Positions 31,399 through 41,733 are shown, counted from the first letter of the stretch. The stretch is DNA of 64,000 nucleotides from an uncultured Sphingomonas sp. (GCA_947085315.1 CAMTVW010000010.1:58005-122004); one strand, 5' to 3'. Notes: a model not told the origin generated them from the sequence alone. Program-made: numbers and translations.

Positions 31399-34161
31399 TT
31401 AAGCCGCGTTCGCCGGAACGAACTTGGTCAGATCGATCCCCTCGACGGCCGCCTTATATTCATCGGCGCTGGGCGTACGGCCGAGAATCGTCGACAGCAC
31501 CACGACCGGGGTCGAAGCCAGCAGCGATTCGCCCTTCTTGTTGGCGCCGTCCTCGACAACGCGGCCCTGGAACAGGCGGGTTGACGTGGCGAGGACGGTG
31601 TCGCCCTTGGCGGCCTTTTCCTGGTTGCCCATGCACAGGTTGCAGCCCGGCCGTTCGAGATAGAGGATATTCTCATATTCGGTGCGGTTGGCCGTCTTCG
31701 GCTTCTCGTCATCGAATTCGAAGCCCGCATATTTCGCCAGGATGTCCCAGTCGCCTTCGGCCTTGAGCTCATCGACGATGTTGTAGGTCGGGGGAGCGAC
31801 GACCAGCGGCGCCTTGAACTCGACCTTGCCTTCGGCCTTCTCGATATTCTTCAGCATCTGCGCGATGATCTTCATGTCGCCCTTATGCACCATGCACGAG
31901 CCCACAAAGCCCAGATCGACCTTCTTGGTGCCGCCATAATAGGAAACCGGGCGGATCGTGTCGTGGGTGTAGCGCTTCGACACGTCCGGGTTGTTCACGT
32001 CGGGGTCGGCGATCATCGGCTCGTCGATCAGGTCCAGATCGACGACGACCTCGGCGAAATATTTCGCGTTGTCGTCGGGCGTCAGCGCGGGCTTGTCGCC
32101 CATGCGAATCTCGGAGATGCGGACGTCGGCCTTGGCGATCAGGTTCGCCAAGGTGCCGGCGGCATTGTCCATGCCCTTGTCGATCATCAGCTGGATGCGC
32201 GCCTTGGCGATCTCCAGCGAACCGATCAGCGTCTCATCGTCCGAAATGCAGATCGAGGCCTTGGCCTTCATCTCGGCCGTCCAGTCGGTGAAGGTGAAGG
32301 CCTGGTCGGCGAGCAGCGTGCCGATATGGACTTCGATCACGCGGCCCTGGAAGACATTGTCGCCGTGCTGCGCGAGCATCTGCGCCTGGGTGGCGTGGAC
32401 GACATCGCGGAAATCCATATGCGGCTGCATCCTGCCCTTGAACGTCACCTTGACCGACTGCGGTATCGGCATGGTCGCCTCGCCGGTCGCCAGCGCCAGC
32501 GCGACGGTGCCCGAATCCGCGCCGAACGCCACGCCTTTCGACATGCGGGTGTGGCTGTCGCCGCCGATGATGATCGCCCAGTCATCCACGGTCAGGTCGT
32601 TCAGCACCTTGTGGATCACGTCGGTCATCGGATGATAGACGCCCTTCGGGTCACGTGCGGTGACCAGGCCGAAACCGCTCATGAACGACATCAGCTTGGG
32701 GATGTTCGCCTGCGCCTTCTTGTCCCACACCGACGCCGTGTGGCAGCCCGACTGATAGGCGCCGTCGACCAGCGGCGAGATGACCGTCGCCGCCATCGCC
32801 TCAAGCTCCTGCGCGGTCATCAGGCCGGTGGTGTCCTGCGAACCGACGATGTTCACCTTGACCCGCACGTCCGAGCCCGCGTGCAGCACCTTGCCCGGCG
32901 TGATGCCGACGGCGTTGCGGTTGAAGATCTTCTCGACCGCGGTCAGGCCCACGCCTTCGGCGGTGATTTCCTTGTTCGCGGCATAGACCGGGGTCGGTTC
33001 GATCCCCAGCGTGCGGGCGGCGAAGGTCTGGAGCTTCTTGCCGAAGACGATGGCATAGGAGCTGCCGGCCTTCATGAACTCCATCTTCTGCGGCGTGAAG
33101 GCCGCGGCGATATCGACCAGCTCCGCGCCATTTTCGTCGCGCAGCTTCTTGTTCTTCACGTCGATCTTCAGGACGGTGCCGGTTTCGACCGAGAATTTCT
33201 CCTCGAGGACCGGATTGCCGTCATTGTTGATGATCGGATTGCCGTCCGGCCCGGTCTGCTTGACCCAATTCTTCAGGTTGATGCCGATGCCGCCGGTCAC
33301 ATCGACGGTGGTCCCGAAGATCGGCGAGATGCCGTTGGTGCCCGCGACGACGGGTGCATAGTTGACGAACGGGACATAGGGGCTGGACGGCTTGCCGGTC
33401 CACAGCGCGACGTTGTTCACGCCCGACATGCGCGACGAGCCCACGCCCATCGTGCCCTTCTCGGCTATCAGCATCACGCGCTTGCCGGGGTGCTGCGCCT
33501 TGAGCGCGACGATCGCCTGCTGCGCTTCGGGCGACATCATGCACTGACCGTGCAGCTCGCGGTCCGAGCGCGAATGCGCCTGGTTGCCGGGCGACAGAAG
33601 ATCGGTCGAGATATCGCCTTCGCCGGCGATGAAGGTGACGACCTCGATCTCGTCCTCGACATCCGGAAGCTTCGTGAAGAACTCCGCCTTCGCATAGCTT
33701 TCCAGCACGTCCTTCGCGATGGCGTTGCCCGCGTTGAAGGCTTCGCTCAGCCGGTGCATGTCGGCGTCGTAGAGGAAGACCTGGGTCTTCAGCACCTCGC
33801 CCGCCAGCGCGGCGACTGCGGGCGCATCGCCCAGCGCGATGTCGAGCAGCACGGTGATCGACGGGCCGCCCTTCATGTGCGACAGCAGCTCGAGCGCGAA
33901 GCCGGGCGTGATTTCGGGCACGACCGCTTCGCCCAGGATGATCTGCTTCAGGAAGCCCGCCTTGACCGCCGCGGCGCTCGTCGTGCCGGGCAGCGTGTTG
34001 TAGATGAAGAATTTGAGCGCATCGGCCCGGTGTTCGCTACCGGCATCCCTGATCAGGGCGGTAATCTCGAAGATGAGGCCGCCGTCGTCGATCGGCTTGG
34101 GAGCAAGTCCCTGAATTCTCCGGCTTTCGATTTCGGCGAGATAATCCAGGTAGACGCTCAT
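31399..34161 (-). CDS. acnB: Aconitate hydratase B / 2-methylisocitrate dehydratase (920 aa)
   Basis: GVGSSRMSG, GSQDTTG, QSGCHTA, GGDSHTR, FVGSCM, PGCNLCMGNQ and STRLFQGR motifs. Confidence 0.93.
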   Translation of the reverse strand: MSVYLDYLAEIESRRIQGLAPKPIDDGGLIFEITALIRDAGSEHRADALKFFIYNTLPGTTSAAAVKAGFLKQIILGEAVVPEITPGFALELLSHMKGGPSITVLLDIALGDAPAVAALAGEVLKTQVFLYDADMHRLSEAFNAGNAIAKDVLESYAKAEFFTKLPDVEDEIEVVTFIAGEGDISTDLLSPGNQAHSRSDRELHGQCMMSPEAQQAIVALKAQHPGKRVMLIAEKGTMGVGSSRMSGVNNVALWTGKPSSPYVPFVNYAPVVAGTNGISPIFGTTVDVTGGIGINLKNWVKQTGPDGNPIINNDGNPVLEEKFSVETGTVLKIDVKNKKLRDENGAELVDIAAAFTPQKMEFMKAGSSYAIVFGKKLQTFAARTLGIEPTPVYAANKEITAEGVGLTAVEKIFNRNAVGITPGKVLHAGSDVRVKVNIVGSQDTTGLMTAQELEAMAATVISPLVDGAYQSGCHTASVWDKKAQANIPKLMSFMSGFGLVTARDPKGVYHPMTDVIHKVLNDLTVDDWAIIIGGDSHTRMSKGVAFGADSGTVALALATGEATMPIPQSVKVTFKGRMQPHMDFRDVVHATQAQMLAQHGDNVFQGRVIEVHIGTLLADQAFTFTDWTAEMKAKASICISDDETLIGSLEIAKARIQLMIDKGMDNAAGTLANLIAKADVRISEIRMGDKPALTPDDNAKYFAEVVVDLDLIDEPMIADPDVNNPDVSKRYTHDTIRPVSYYGGTKKVDLGFVGSCMVHKGDMKIIAQMLKNIEKAEGKVEFKAPLVVAPPTYNIVDELKAEGDWDILAKYAGFEFDDEKPKTANRTEYENILYLERPGCNLCMGNQEKAAKGDTVLATSTRLFQGRVVEDGANKKGESLLASTPVVVLSTILGRTPSADEYKAAVEGIDLTKFVPANAA

Positions 34162-34326
34162 AATGTTCCCACCCCATGAAGTGCACCGAGCCTGGCGAAA
34201 CGTCGCGAACCGGCGGTAATCCGGCCTCGGGCTGACGGGGGTTCCGGTACGCCAACCAGGCTGGGCTGACAAGATGCCGCAATGCGACAAAAGGGCCTTC
34301 CCGATCCTGCAGCCAGGCGAAAGAAG

Positions 34327-34737
34327 TCAGCCGGTGCCCCTGATCCGGGCGAAGCTGCGCAGCGTCTCGCGCACATTCTTGTCGGTCAGACCCTCGGTCA
34401 TCGCGTCGACCTGGGCGACAAGGTCGCCGCCGCCGATGACCGGTCCGACGATGTGCGACGCCATCGACCATTGGCCGAACTCGCGCGTCTCCACGCCTCT
34501 GCTCGACAGCTTCACCAGCGCCCGGTGACGCGGATCGAGGGCGATCCGCGAAAAGGCCGTTTCCACCGCTTCGATCGGGCCTTCCAGCGTCTGCAGGAAG
34601 CGTTTGCCGTCGAAGATCAGAAGCCCGGAAATATTGTCGCGGCCGTTGCGCCGGCGGGATGCTTCCAGAATCGATTCGACATCGCTCAGCATGAGCGAGG
34701 GGCGGGCGGTGCTTATATAGATGAGCTGATGGAACAT
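34327..34737 (-). CDS. Stand-alone BLUF photoreceptor domain protein
   Basis: QLIYISTA, SRRRN, ISGLL, FLQTLEG, DPRH and RxFxxWSM with conserved Tyr/Gln/Met; start approximate. Confidence 0.9.
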   Translation of the reverse strand: MFHQLIYISTARPSLMLSDVESILEASRRRNGRDNISGLLIFDGKRFLQTLEGPIEAVETAFSRIALDPRHRALVKLSSRGVETREFGQWSMASHIVGPVIGGGDLVAQVDAMTEGLTDKNVRETLRSFARIRGTG

Positions 34738-34834
34738 AGAGTCGTCCGATATGATGGGTAGGCCGAACATATCCGCAAATCCCAACGCGTTGATTAACGC
34801 CGTTACGATGGCGACGGCAGCGTCCGGCCCCGGA

Positions 34835-35503
34835 TCAGGCTTGTTCGGCCAGCCCTTCGCACATCCACGCAGGCACGAACGCGTCGCCGAGTTTGTCGAC
34901 TGAGCGCCGTTCGACGGTCCCGTCGGGAAGCACCACCAGCCGGCGGTTGACCTTGTTGCGCCAGTTCATCCGCGCGGTGTTTTCCTGGCCGACATAACAG
35001 CCCTTGGTGAAGCTGACGCCATGGAGCAGATCGGCATTGCATTCGAGCCACAGATATTTGTCTGAACCCAGCTCCTCGACGCCCTCGGGCACGCCGAGTG
35101 ACATGCGATGCGCGCGCCAACCCTCGGCTGCGCCGTCAGCGGGTGCGATCCAGCGGCGGCCGAGCGCAGGCAGACGCGGATCGGGGACGCCGTCGCCGCC
35201 GTCCAGCGCCCAATGCACCGCCAGCGCCGAGTCCCGCGCGATCGTGATCGGCTTGCGGAGGCGGTAGAGCATGAGGCGGCGGACGAGCGCATCGGCCTGG
35301 CTCGCCTCGCAGTCGATCAGCAGATCGTCACCATCTCCCCATAGGATGAAATCGAACAGCGCCTTGCCCTGCGGAGTCAGCAGCCCCGCCCAGACCGGCA
35401 GCGGGCCCGCGACGTCATTGGTGACGAGGCCCTGGAGGAAATCATGCACCCCCTCACCCGAGAGACGGATGAGTGCGCGGTCGGTGAGGGTGGTATCGGC
35501 CAT
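34835..35503 (-). CDS. ygfZ: Folate-binding Fe-S cluster repair protein (YgfZ/GcvT family)
   Basis: FLQGLVTND, LLTPQGK and signature KGCYVGQE. Confidence 0.9.
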   Translation of the reverse strand: MADTTLTDRALIRLSGEGVHDFLQGLVTNDVAGPLPVWAGLLTPQGKALFDFILWGDGDDLLIDCEASQADALVRRLMLYRLRKPITIARDSALAVHWALDGGDGVPDPRLPALGRRWIAPADGAAEGWRAHRMSLGVPEGVEELGSDKYLWLECNADLLHGVSFTKGCYVGQENTARMNWRNKVNRRLVVLPDGTVERRSVDKLGDAFVPAWMCEGLAEQA

Positions 35504-35556
35504 GGTCCGAAGGTAGGAAGCGCAAGGACAAAAGGAAAGCGCCCAAGGAGCCCCCG

Positions 35557-36882
35557 ATGCCAAGCTACGACATGATCCTGAAGAACGGCACCGTCTGGAC
35601 GGTAGGGGGCCCGGTCCGGACCAGCGTGGGCGTCACTGCGGGGAAGATTGCCGGGATCGGCGTCGACGGAGACGCCGGCGAGACGATCGACTGCGCCGGG
35701 CTTGATATCCTGCCCGGCGTGATCGACAGCCAGGTCCATTTCCGCGAGCCGGGGCTGGAGGCCAAGGAGGATCTCGAATCGGGCAGCCGCGCAGCGGTGC
35801 TCGGCGGGGTGACCGCCGTGTTCGAGATGCCCAATACGAAGCCCAACACCGATTCCGCCGAGGCTGTGAACGACAAGCTGGCGCGCGCAAGGAACCGGAT
35901 GTGGTGCGACCACGCCTTCTATGTGGGCGCGACCGCCGCCAATGCCGAGCGGCTGGGCGAACTCGAGCAGATTCCGGGCACGGCGGGGGTCAAGATCTTC
36001 ATGGGTGCGTCGACCGGCGACCTGCTGGTCGCGGAGGACGAGAATCTCGCCCGCGTGCTCCGCTCGGGCAAGCGCCGGGTCGCGATCCATGCCGAGGATG
36101 AGGAACGGATGATCGCGCGGCAGGGCGAGCGGGTCGAAGGCGATCCGTCGAGCCATCCGGTATGGCGCGACGATGAAAGCGCGCTGCTTGCCACCCGCCG
36201 CATCCTGAAGATCGCGCGCGAGACGGGCCGCAAAATCCACATTCTCCACATCACCACCCCCGCCGAACTCGCGCTGATCGCGCAGAACAAGGACATTGCG
36301 ACCTGTGAGGTAACCCCGCAGCACCTCACGCTGGCGGGAGAGGAGGCCTACCCCAGACTCGGCACCCATGCTCAGATGAACCCACCGATCCGATCGGGTG
36401 CGCATCGCGACGGGCTGTGGGGCTATTTGCGCCAGGGCGTCCCCGACGTGCTCGGTTCGGACCATGCCCCGCACACGAAGGGCGAGAAGGCCAGGGCCTA
36501 TCCCGCCTCGCCCAGCGGCATGCCCGGGGTCCAGACGCTGCTGCCGTTGATGCTCAACCATGTCGCCGAGGGGCGACTGACGCTTCAGCATCTGATCGAG
36601 CTGACGTCCGCCGGGCCCCAGCGGGTGTTCGGCCTGCGGACCAAGGGCCGGATCGCGCTTGGCTATGACGCCGATTTCTCGATCGTCGATCTCAAGGCGC
36701 GCTGGACGATCGAGGATAGCTGGCTGGCATCGCGCTGCGGCTGGTCGCCCTTCACCGGCATGGCGCTGACCGGCAAGCCGGTCGGCACGATCATCCGCGG
36801 ACACCGGGTGATGTGGGACGGCGGGCTGGCAAATGCGGCGATCGGCATACCGATAAGCTTCGACAGCCTGGCGTTGAACTGA
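35557..36882 (+). CDS. pyrC: Dihydroorotase
   Basis: PGVIDSQVHFREPG, EMPNT, MNPPIR and GSDHAPH motifs. Confidence 0.88.
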   Translation: MPSYDMILKNGTVWTVGGPVRTSVGVTAGKIAGIGVDGDAGETIDCAGLDILPGVIDSQVHFREPGLEAKEDLESGSRAAVLGGVTAVFEMPNTKPNTDSAEAVNDKLARARNRMWCDHAFYVGATAANAERLGELEQIPGTAGVKIFMGASTGDLLVAEDENLARVLRSGKRRVAIHAEDEERMIARQGERVEGDPSSHPVWRDDESALLATRRILKIARETGRKIHILHITTPAELALIAQNKDIATCEVTPQHLTLAGEEAYPRLGTHAQMNPPIRSGAHRDGLWGYLRQGVPDVLGSDHAPHTKGEKARAYPASPSGMPGVQTLLPLMLNHVAEGRLTLQHLIELTSAGPQRVFGLRTKGRIALGYDADFSIVDLKARWTIEDSWLASRCGWSPFTGMALTGKPVGTIIRGHRVMWDGGLANAAIGIPISFDSLALN

Positions 36883-37086
36883 TTCAGACCCGTCATGGCG
36901 CGGCGATTCGCGCTCGGAACAGGCCGTGTCTTTGACCTTCGTCTAAAAGCGCCTGTGGATAAGATGCAGGTCACCGCATCGGCCAAACGACTCGCCGCGT
37001 TGCAGCATCCTGTTAACCCTATGCCCTTCCCTTCCCGCAAATGTGACGGCTATCACATCATCACGGGACGGGGTGGGGACTTCCAC

Positions 37087-37596
37087 ATGATCAAAACGAT
37101 GCGCGCGATTATCGGTTCCATGCTGCTTGCCGGCATGGTGGTCGCGCCCACCGCCGCCAGCGCCCAGACGATTCAGTGCGCGCCGTTCGCGCGCATGTTC
37201 TCCGGCATCCAGCTGTTCGGCGCCGCCGCTTCCTGGTGGAACCAGGCGGTCGGCAAATATCTGCGCGGCGACACGCCCCAGATCGGCTCGGTGATGGTGT
37301 TCAAGGCGATCGGCTCGATGCGCTCGGGCCATGTCGCCACCGTCACCGACGTCGTCAGCGACCGCATGATCAAGATCACCCACGCCAACTGGTCGATCAT
37401 CAACGGCCGCCGCGGCCAGGTCGAGCGCGACGTCACCGTCGTCGATGCGTCACCGGAAGGCGACTGGAGCCGGGTCAAGGTCTGGTTCGCGCCGATCGGC
37501 AAGGTCGGCACCACCGCCTATCCGGTCAACGGCTTCATCTACAAGGATAGCCAGAAGAGCGCGGTGGCCGACGCCGTACGAGCCGTTCAAGGCTGA
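37087..37596 (+). CDS. Secreted CHAP-domain amidase/peptidase
   Basis: Signal peptide, QCAPFAR catalytic Cys, GHVA His, HANW, GFIY. Confidence 0.85.
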   Translation: MIKTMRAIIGSMLLAGMVVAPTAASAQTIQCAPFARMFSGIQLFGAAASWWNQAVGKYLRGDTPQIGSVMVFKAIGSMRSGHVATVTDVVSDRMIKITHANWSIINGRRGQVERDVTVVDASPEGDWSRVKVWFAPIGKVGTTAYPVNGFIYKDSQKSAVADAVRAVQG

Positions 37597-37604
37597 TAGC
37601 GGGC

Positions 37605-37895
37605 TCAGCGTCTTCCCAATAGCCGTTCATCGAGCAGGGTCCGAAAGTCCCTGCGGGCATCGGCGACGATGACGATCGTGACGTACCGCGCCTCGTCCTC
37701 TTGCTGCGGCAAATAGACCACCAGAAAGGGTGACACCGATAGCTGGCGATATATGTGGATGCCCAGGAGTTCGAGCTCCGCCGGGACGGCACCGCGTGCC
37801 GGCCACTCGCTCAGTCCCTCTATCGCGACCATGATCCGATCGAGCAGCGCATCGGCGCCATCGACTCCATCACGCCCCCGTTGATCGCGCGTCCG
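37605..37895 (-). pseudogene. N-terminally truncated RelE/ParE-like toxin remnant
   Basis: Open frame reads ADALLDRIMVAIEGLSEWPARG..PAELELLGIHIYRQ..PFLVVY..VTIVIVADARRDFRTLL; first strand/helix, a matching start and any antitoxin are missing. Confidence 0.6.
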
Positions 37896-38567
37896 TCAAT
37901 CCCAATCCACGATCGTCCAGCCGCGCGCCTTCGCCACCGCACGCAGGCCCGCATGCGGGTTCGCCGCGATCGCCTCGTCGGCCCATTCGAGCACCGGCAC
38001 GTCGGAGACATGGTCCGAATAGAAGCGGATGCGGCACTGGTCGCGATCGAGATTCTCCAGCCCCATCCAGGCCTGGATCATCCGCAGCTTGGCCGGGCCG
38101 TAGCAATTTTCGCCATCGACCCGGTGGCTGACATAGTCGTCAAGCCCGTCGATCGCGCCCGTCGCGACGACATCGTCCATACCCAGTTTCCTGGCGATCG
38201 GCTGCGCCCATAGCCGCGAAGAGGCGGTGGCGAGCACCAGCCGCCGGCCGGCCGCACGATTCTCGGCCAGGCTGACCAGCGCCTCGGCATAGACATCGTA
38301 CCGCATCACCTTCTCAGCAAAGCTTTCGGCGATCGGACGGAGCCGGTCGATATGAACGTTGCGGCCCAGCATCAGCGCATGGTTGATCTCCTTCAGCCGC
38401 TTGCGCTCGATCAGCCGGCACGCATAGCCCGCCATCGCCAGCGCGGCGAGCGGCACGAAGATCAGCCGCCACGGCGCCAGCCGCAGCGCCGCATACATCA
38501 TGAACGGGGTGAAGGTGCCGGCCCGCGTGATCGTGCGGTCCATGTCGTAAATTGCGAGTTCGGTCAT
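37896..38567 (-). CDS. HAD-IB family hydrolase
   Basis: YDMDRTIT, LATAS, NCYGPAK, FYSDHVSD and ANP motifs. Confidence 0.88.
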   Translation of the reverse strand: MTELAIYDMDRTITRAGTFTPFMMYAALRLAPWRLIFVPLAALAMAGYACRLIERKRLKEINHALMLGRNVHIDRLRPIAESFAEKVMRYDVYAEALVSLAENRAAGRRLVLATASSRLWAQPIARKLGMDDVVATGAIDGLDDYVSHRVDGENCYGPAKLRMIQAWMGLENLDRDQCRIRFYSDHVSDVPVLEWADEAIAANPHAGLRAVAKARGWTIVDWD

Positions 38568-38738
38568 TGCCGCCCCATAGCGCAATTTCGGCGCAGGGGA
38601 ATCACTCGCTCATGGCTTCGCGCGAAAGCCACGGGGACGACTTTCGCTGTTTCGTACCCGAATCGGAACATTCGCGCCCGGTACTCATTCATTTCGGATG
38701 CTTGCCGATCTCCCGCTTTTCGATCACTCCTGATCGCC

Positions 38739-39836
38739 ATGTCCGCGCCCGCCGATTTCCAGTTCGACAATGGAACGCTCCGCTTCACCGGCGAGCTGAC
38801 CCTTGCGCGCATCGGCGACCTGTCGGCGCGGCTCGCGGCGCTGGGCGACGCGCCGAAGCAGGTCGATCTCGCCGAGGTCGATCGCATCGACACGGTCGGC
38901 GCCTGGCTGGTCCACCGCATCGTCCGCGACCATGATGCGCAGGTGGTCGGCGCCGACGAGGATGTCGCCCATCTACTCACCCAGCTCGCGGCGGCCGACA
39001 AGCCGCTCAAGATCCGCCCCGATTCGAGCGCGCCCTTCGTCCGCGTGCTGCGCGAGATCGGCGATGCGACCAGCGTCGCGGCCCAGTCGCTGGTCGGGCT
39101 GCTCGGCTTCTTCGGCGCCACCCTGATCGGGATGTGGGGTCTCGTCACCCATCCCCGCCGCTTCCGCTTCAACGCGATGACGCGCCAGTTCGAGGTGGTC
39201 GGAGTCAAGGCGCTCGGCATCATCGGGCTGATGAGCTTCCTGATCGGCATCGTCATCGCCCAGCAGGGCGCGGTCCAGCTTCGCCAGTTCGGCGCCGAGG
39301 TGTTCGCGATCAACCTGATCGGCCGGATCACGATCCGCGAGCTGGGCGTGCTGATGACCGCGATCATGGTCGCCGGCCGATCGGGCAGCGCCTTCGCCGC
39401 GCAACTCGGTTCGATGAAGCTGGCCGAAGAGGTCGACGCGATGCGCACCATCGGCGTCTCGCCGATGGAGGCGCTGATCCTGCCCCGCGTCATTTCGACG
39501 ATCGTGCTGATGCCGCTGCTCGGCTTCTACGCCGCGCTGGTCGCGATCCTGGGCGGCGGCATTTTCTGCTGGATCGATCTCGACATCCCGCCGATCACCT
39601 TCATCCAGCGCCTGCAGGAGGTCGTTCCGCTCACCGACCTTTGGGTCGGGCTGATCAAGGCGCCGGTGTTTGGCCTGATCATCGCGATGTCGGGCTGCTA
39701 TCAAGGAATGCAGGTTGAGGGGAACGCCGAGGAGGTCGGCCTGCGCACCACCGCGTCGGTCGTCCAGGCGATTTTCCTGGTGATCGTCATCGACGCGGTG
39801 TTCGCGGTGTTCTTCTCGTCGATCGGGTGGATCTGA
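38739..39836 (+). CDS. mlaE: MlaE-family lipid ABC permease with N-terminal STAS-like domain
   Basis: RELGVLMTAIMVAGRSGSAFAAQLGSMKLAEEVDAM and VGLRTTASVV. Confidence 0.9.
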   Translation: MSAPADFQFDNGTLRFTGELTLARIGDLSARLAALGDAPKQVDLAEVDRIDTVGAWLVHRIVRDHDAQVVGADEDVAHLLTQLAAADKPLKIRPDSSAPFVRVLREIGDATSVAAQSLVGLLGFFGATLIGMWGLVTHPRRFRFNAMTRQFEVVGVKALGIIGLMSFLIGIVIAQQGAVQLRQFGAEVFAINLIGRITIRELGVLMTAIMVAGRSGSAFAAQLGSMKLAEEVDAMRTIGVSPMEALILPRVISTIVLMPLLGFYAALVAILGGGIFCWIDLDIPPITFIQRLQEVVPLTDLWVGLIKAPVFGLIIAMSGCYQGMQVEGNAEEVGLRTTASVVQAIFLVIVIDAVFAVFFSSIGWI

Positions 39837-39859
39837 TGGCGGCGTCCTTCTCCCAATTT

Positions 39860-39941
39860 CGTCATTCCAGCGCAGGCTGGAATCTCAGGAGAATAGCGCG
39901 CGCCCTCGCCGCACGAGATTCCAGCCTGCGCTGGAATGACG
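39860..39941. repeat. Family B CGTC-tagged REPIN-like element inside the mla operon
   Basis: CGTC-ATTCCAGC-GCAG-GCTGGAAT-CTC ... GAG-ATTCCAGC-CTGC-GCTGGAAT-GACG (perfectly inverted arms). Confidence 0.92.
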
Positions 39942-39962
39942 GCTTGGTGGGGGGCGTCTGAC

Positions 39963-40781
39963 ATGGCGCGGCTCAACATCGCCGAGGGTGAGACGATCAT
40001 CCATGTGAAGGGTTTGAAGAACGCCTTCGGCGATCAGATCGTCCATGACGGACTCGATCTCGACGTCAGGCGCGGCGAGATATTGGGCGTGGTCGGCGGG
40101 TCGGGCACCGGCAAATCGGTGCTGATGCGCTCGATCATCGGGCTCCAGGTGCCGGTCGAGGGCGAGGTCGAGGTGTTCGACGAACCGATGATCGGCCGCG
40201 AGGAATATGAGGCCCAGCAGGTCCGCAAGCGCTGGGGCGTGCTGTTTCAGGGCGGTGCGCTCTTCTCGACGCTCACCGTCGCCGAGAATGTCCAGGTGCC
40301 GCTGCGCGAATTCTACCCGCAGCTCGACCCGCAGCTGCTCGACGAAATCGCCGCCTATAAGGTCGCGATGACCGGCCTGGCGGCCGAGGCGGGGCCCAAA
40401 TATCCCTCCGAACTGTCGGGCGGCATGCGCAAGCGCGCCGGCCTGGCCCGCGCGCTCGCGCTCGATCCGCAGCTGCTGTTCCTCGACGAGCCGACCGCAG
40501 GGCTCGATCCGATCGGCGCCGCCGCCTTCGACGAGCTGACCCGGTCGCTCCAGCGCACGCTGGGGCTCACCGTCTTCCTGATCACGCATGACCTCGACAC
40601 GCTTCACGCGATCTGCGACCGGGTCGCGGTGCTCGCCGACAAGCGCGTGATCGCGGTTGGAACGATCCCGGAACTATTGGCGTTGGACCATCCTTGGATT
40701 CAGGAATATTTCAACGGACCCCGAGGGCGGGTCGCGGCAGATGCCGCCAAGCGTGTGGCAGCAAAGGACAGCGGGAAGTGA
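39963..40781 (+). CDS. mlaF: MlaF-family ABC ATPase
   Basis: GGSGTGKS, LSGGMRKR, FLDEPTAGLDP and ITHD motifs. Confidence 0.92.
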   Translation: MARLNIAEGETIIHVKGLKNAFGDQIVHDGLDLDVRRGEILGVVGGSGTGKSVLMRSIIGLQVPVEGEVEVFDEPMIGREEYEAQQVRKRWGVLFQGGALFSTLTVAENVQVPLREFYPQLDPQLLDEIAAYKVAMTGLAAEAGPKYPSELSGGMRKRAGLARALALDPQLLFLDEPTAGLDPIGAAAFDELTRSLQRTLGLTVFLITHDLDTLHAICDRVAVLADKRVIAVGTIPELLALDHPWIQEYFNGPRGRVAADAAKRVAAKDSGK

Positions 40782-40788
40782 ACAGCTG

Positions 40789-41733
40789 ATGGAAACCCGT
40801 TCGAACCATGTGCTGGTGGGCGGCGTCGTTCTCGCGCTGCTGATCGCGCTGCTCGCCTTCATCGTCTGGCTGGCGGGGTTCAACACCGGCTCCGAGCAAC
40901 GCTACGACATCTTCTTCAAGACGTCGGTCGACGGGCTGGCCAAGGGATCCCCGGTCAATTTCGCGGGCGTGCCGGTCGGCAAGATCGAGGAGATCAAGCT
41001 GCTGCCGGAAAGTCCCGAATTCGTTCGCGTCCGCATCGCCATCGATCAGGATACGCCGATCCTGCAGGGCACCACCGCGACGATCGCCGGGGTCGGCTTC
41101 ACCGGCGTCAGCCAGGTCAAACTCGACGGGGCGATCAAGGACGCGCCGCCGATCACCGAGCCCGGACCCTATGGCAAGCCGGTCATCCCGACCAAGCCCG
41201 GCGCGCTGGGCGAACTGCTCAATTCGGCGCCCGAATTGCTCAACCGCATCTCCGCGCTGACCGAACGGCTGACCGAACTGCTCAACGACAAGAACCAGAA
41301 GTCGATCAGCGGCATCCTCGCCAATGTCGACCGGTTGTCGAACGACCTCGCCAATCGCGGGCCGGAGATCGCAAGCGCCATTGTCCAGCTCAGGGCGACG
41401 ATGGCGCAGGCGGGCCTCGCGGCCGAGAAGGTGGGCAATCTCGCCGAGACCACCAACGGCATCATGGCAAGCGATGTGAAGCCCGCCATGGCGAACCTCA
41501 ACAAGGCGACCACCGCCGCCCAGCACACGATGGAGTCGCTCGACGCCGCGATCACCGACGCGCGGCCGGGGGTGAAAGCCTTCTCGACCCAGACCGTGCC
41601 GCAGATCAACCAGCTCGTCCGCAACCTCGCCGAGATGTCCGAATCGCTCAACGCAATCTCGGCCAAGCTCGATCGCGGCGGCGCCGGTGCGCTGATCGGC
41701 GGATCGAAGCTGCCCGATTACAAGGGACAATGA
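40789..41733 (+). CDS. mlaD: MlaD/MCE-family protein
   Basis: METR start, N-terminal TM helix, VDGLAKGSPVNFAGVPVGKI, C-terminal coiled coil. Confidence 0.88.
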   Translation: METRSNHVLVGGVVLALLIALLAFIVWLAGFNTGSEQRYDIFFKTSVDGLAKGSPVNFAGVPVGKIEEIKLLPESPEFVRVRIAIDQDTPILQGTTATIAGVGFTGVSQVKLDGAIKDAPPITEPGPYGKPVIPTKPGALGELLNSAPELLNRISALTERLTELLNDKNQKSISGILANVDRLSNDLANRGPEIASAIVQLRATMAQAGLAAEKVGNLAETTNGIMASDVKPAMANLNKATTAAQHTMESLDAAITDARPGVKAFSTQTVPQINQLVRNLAEMSESLNAISAKLDRGGAGALIGGSKLPDYKGQ

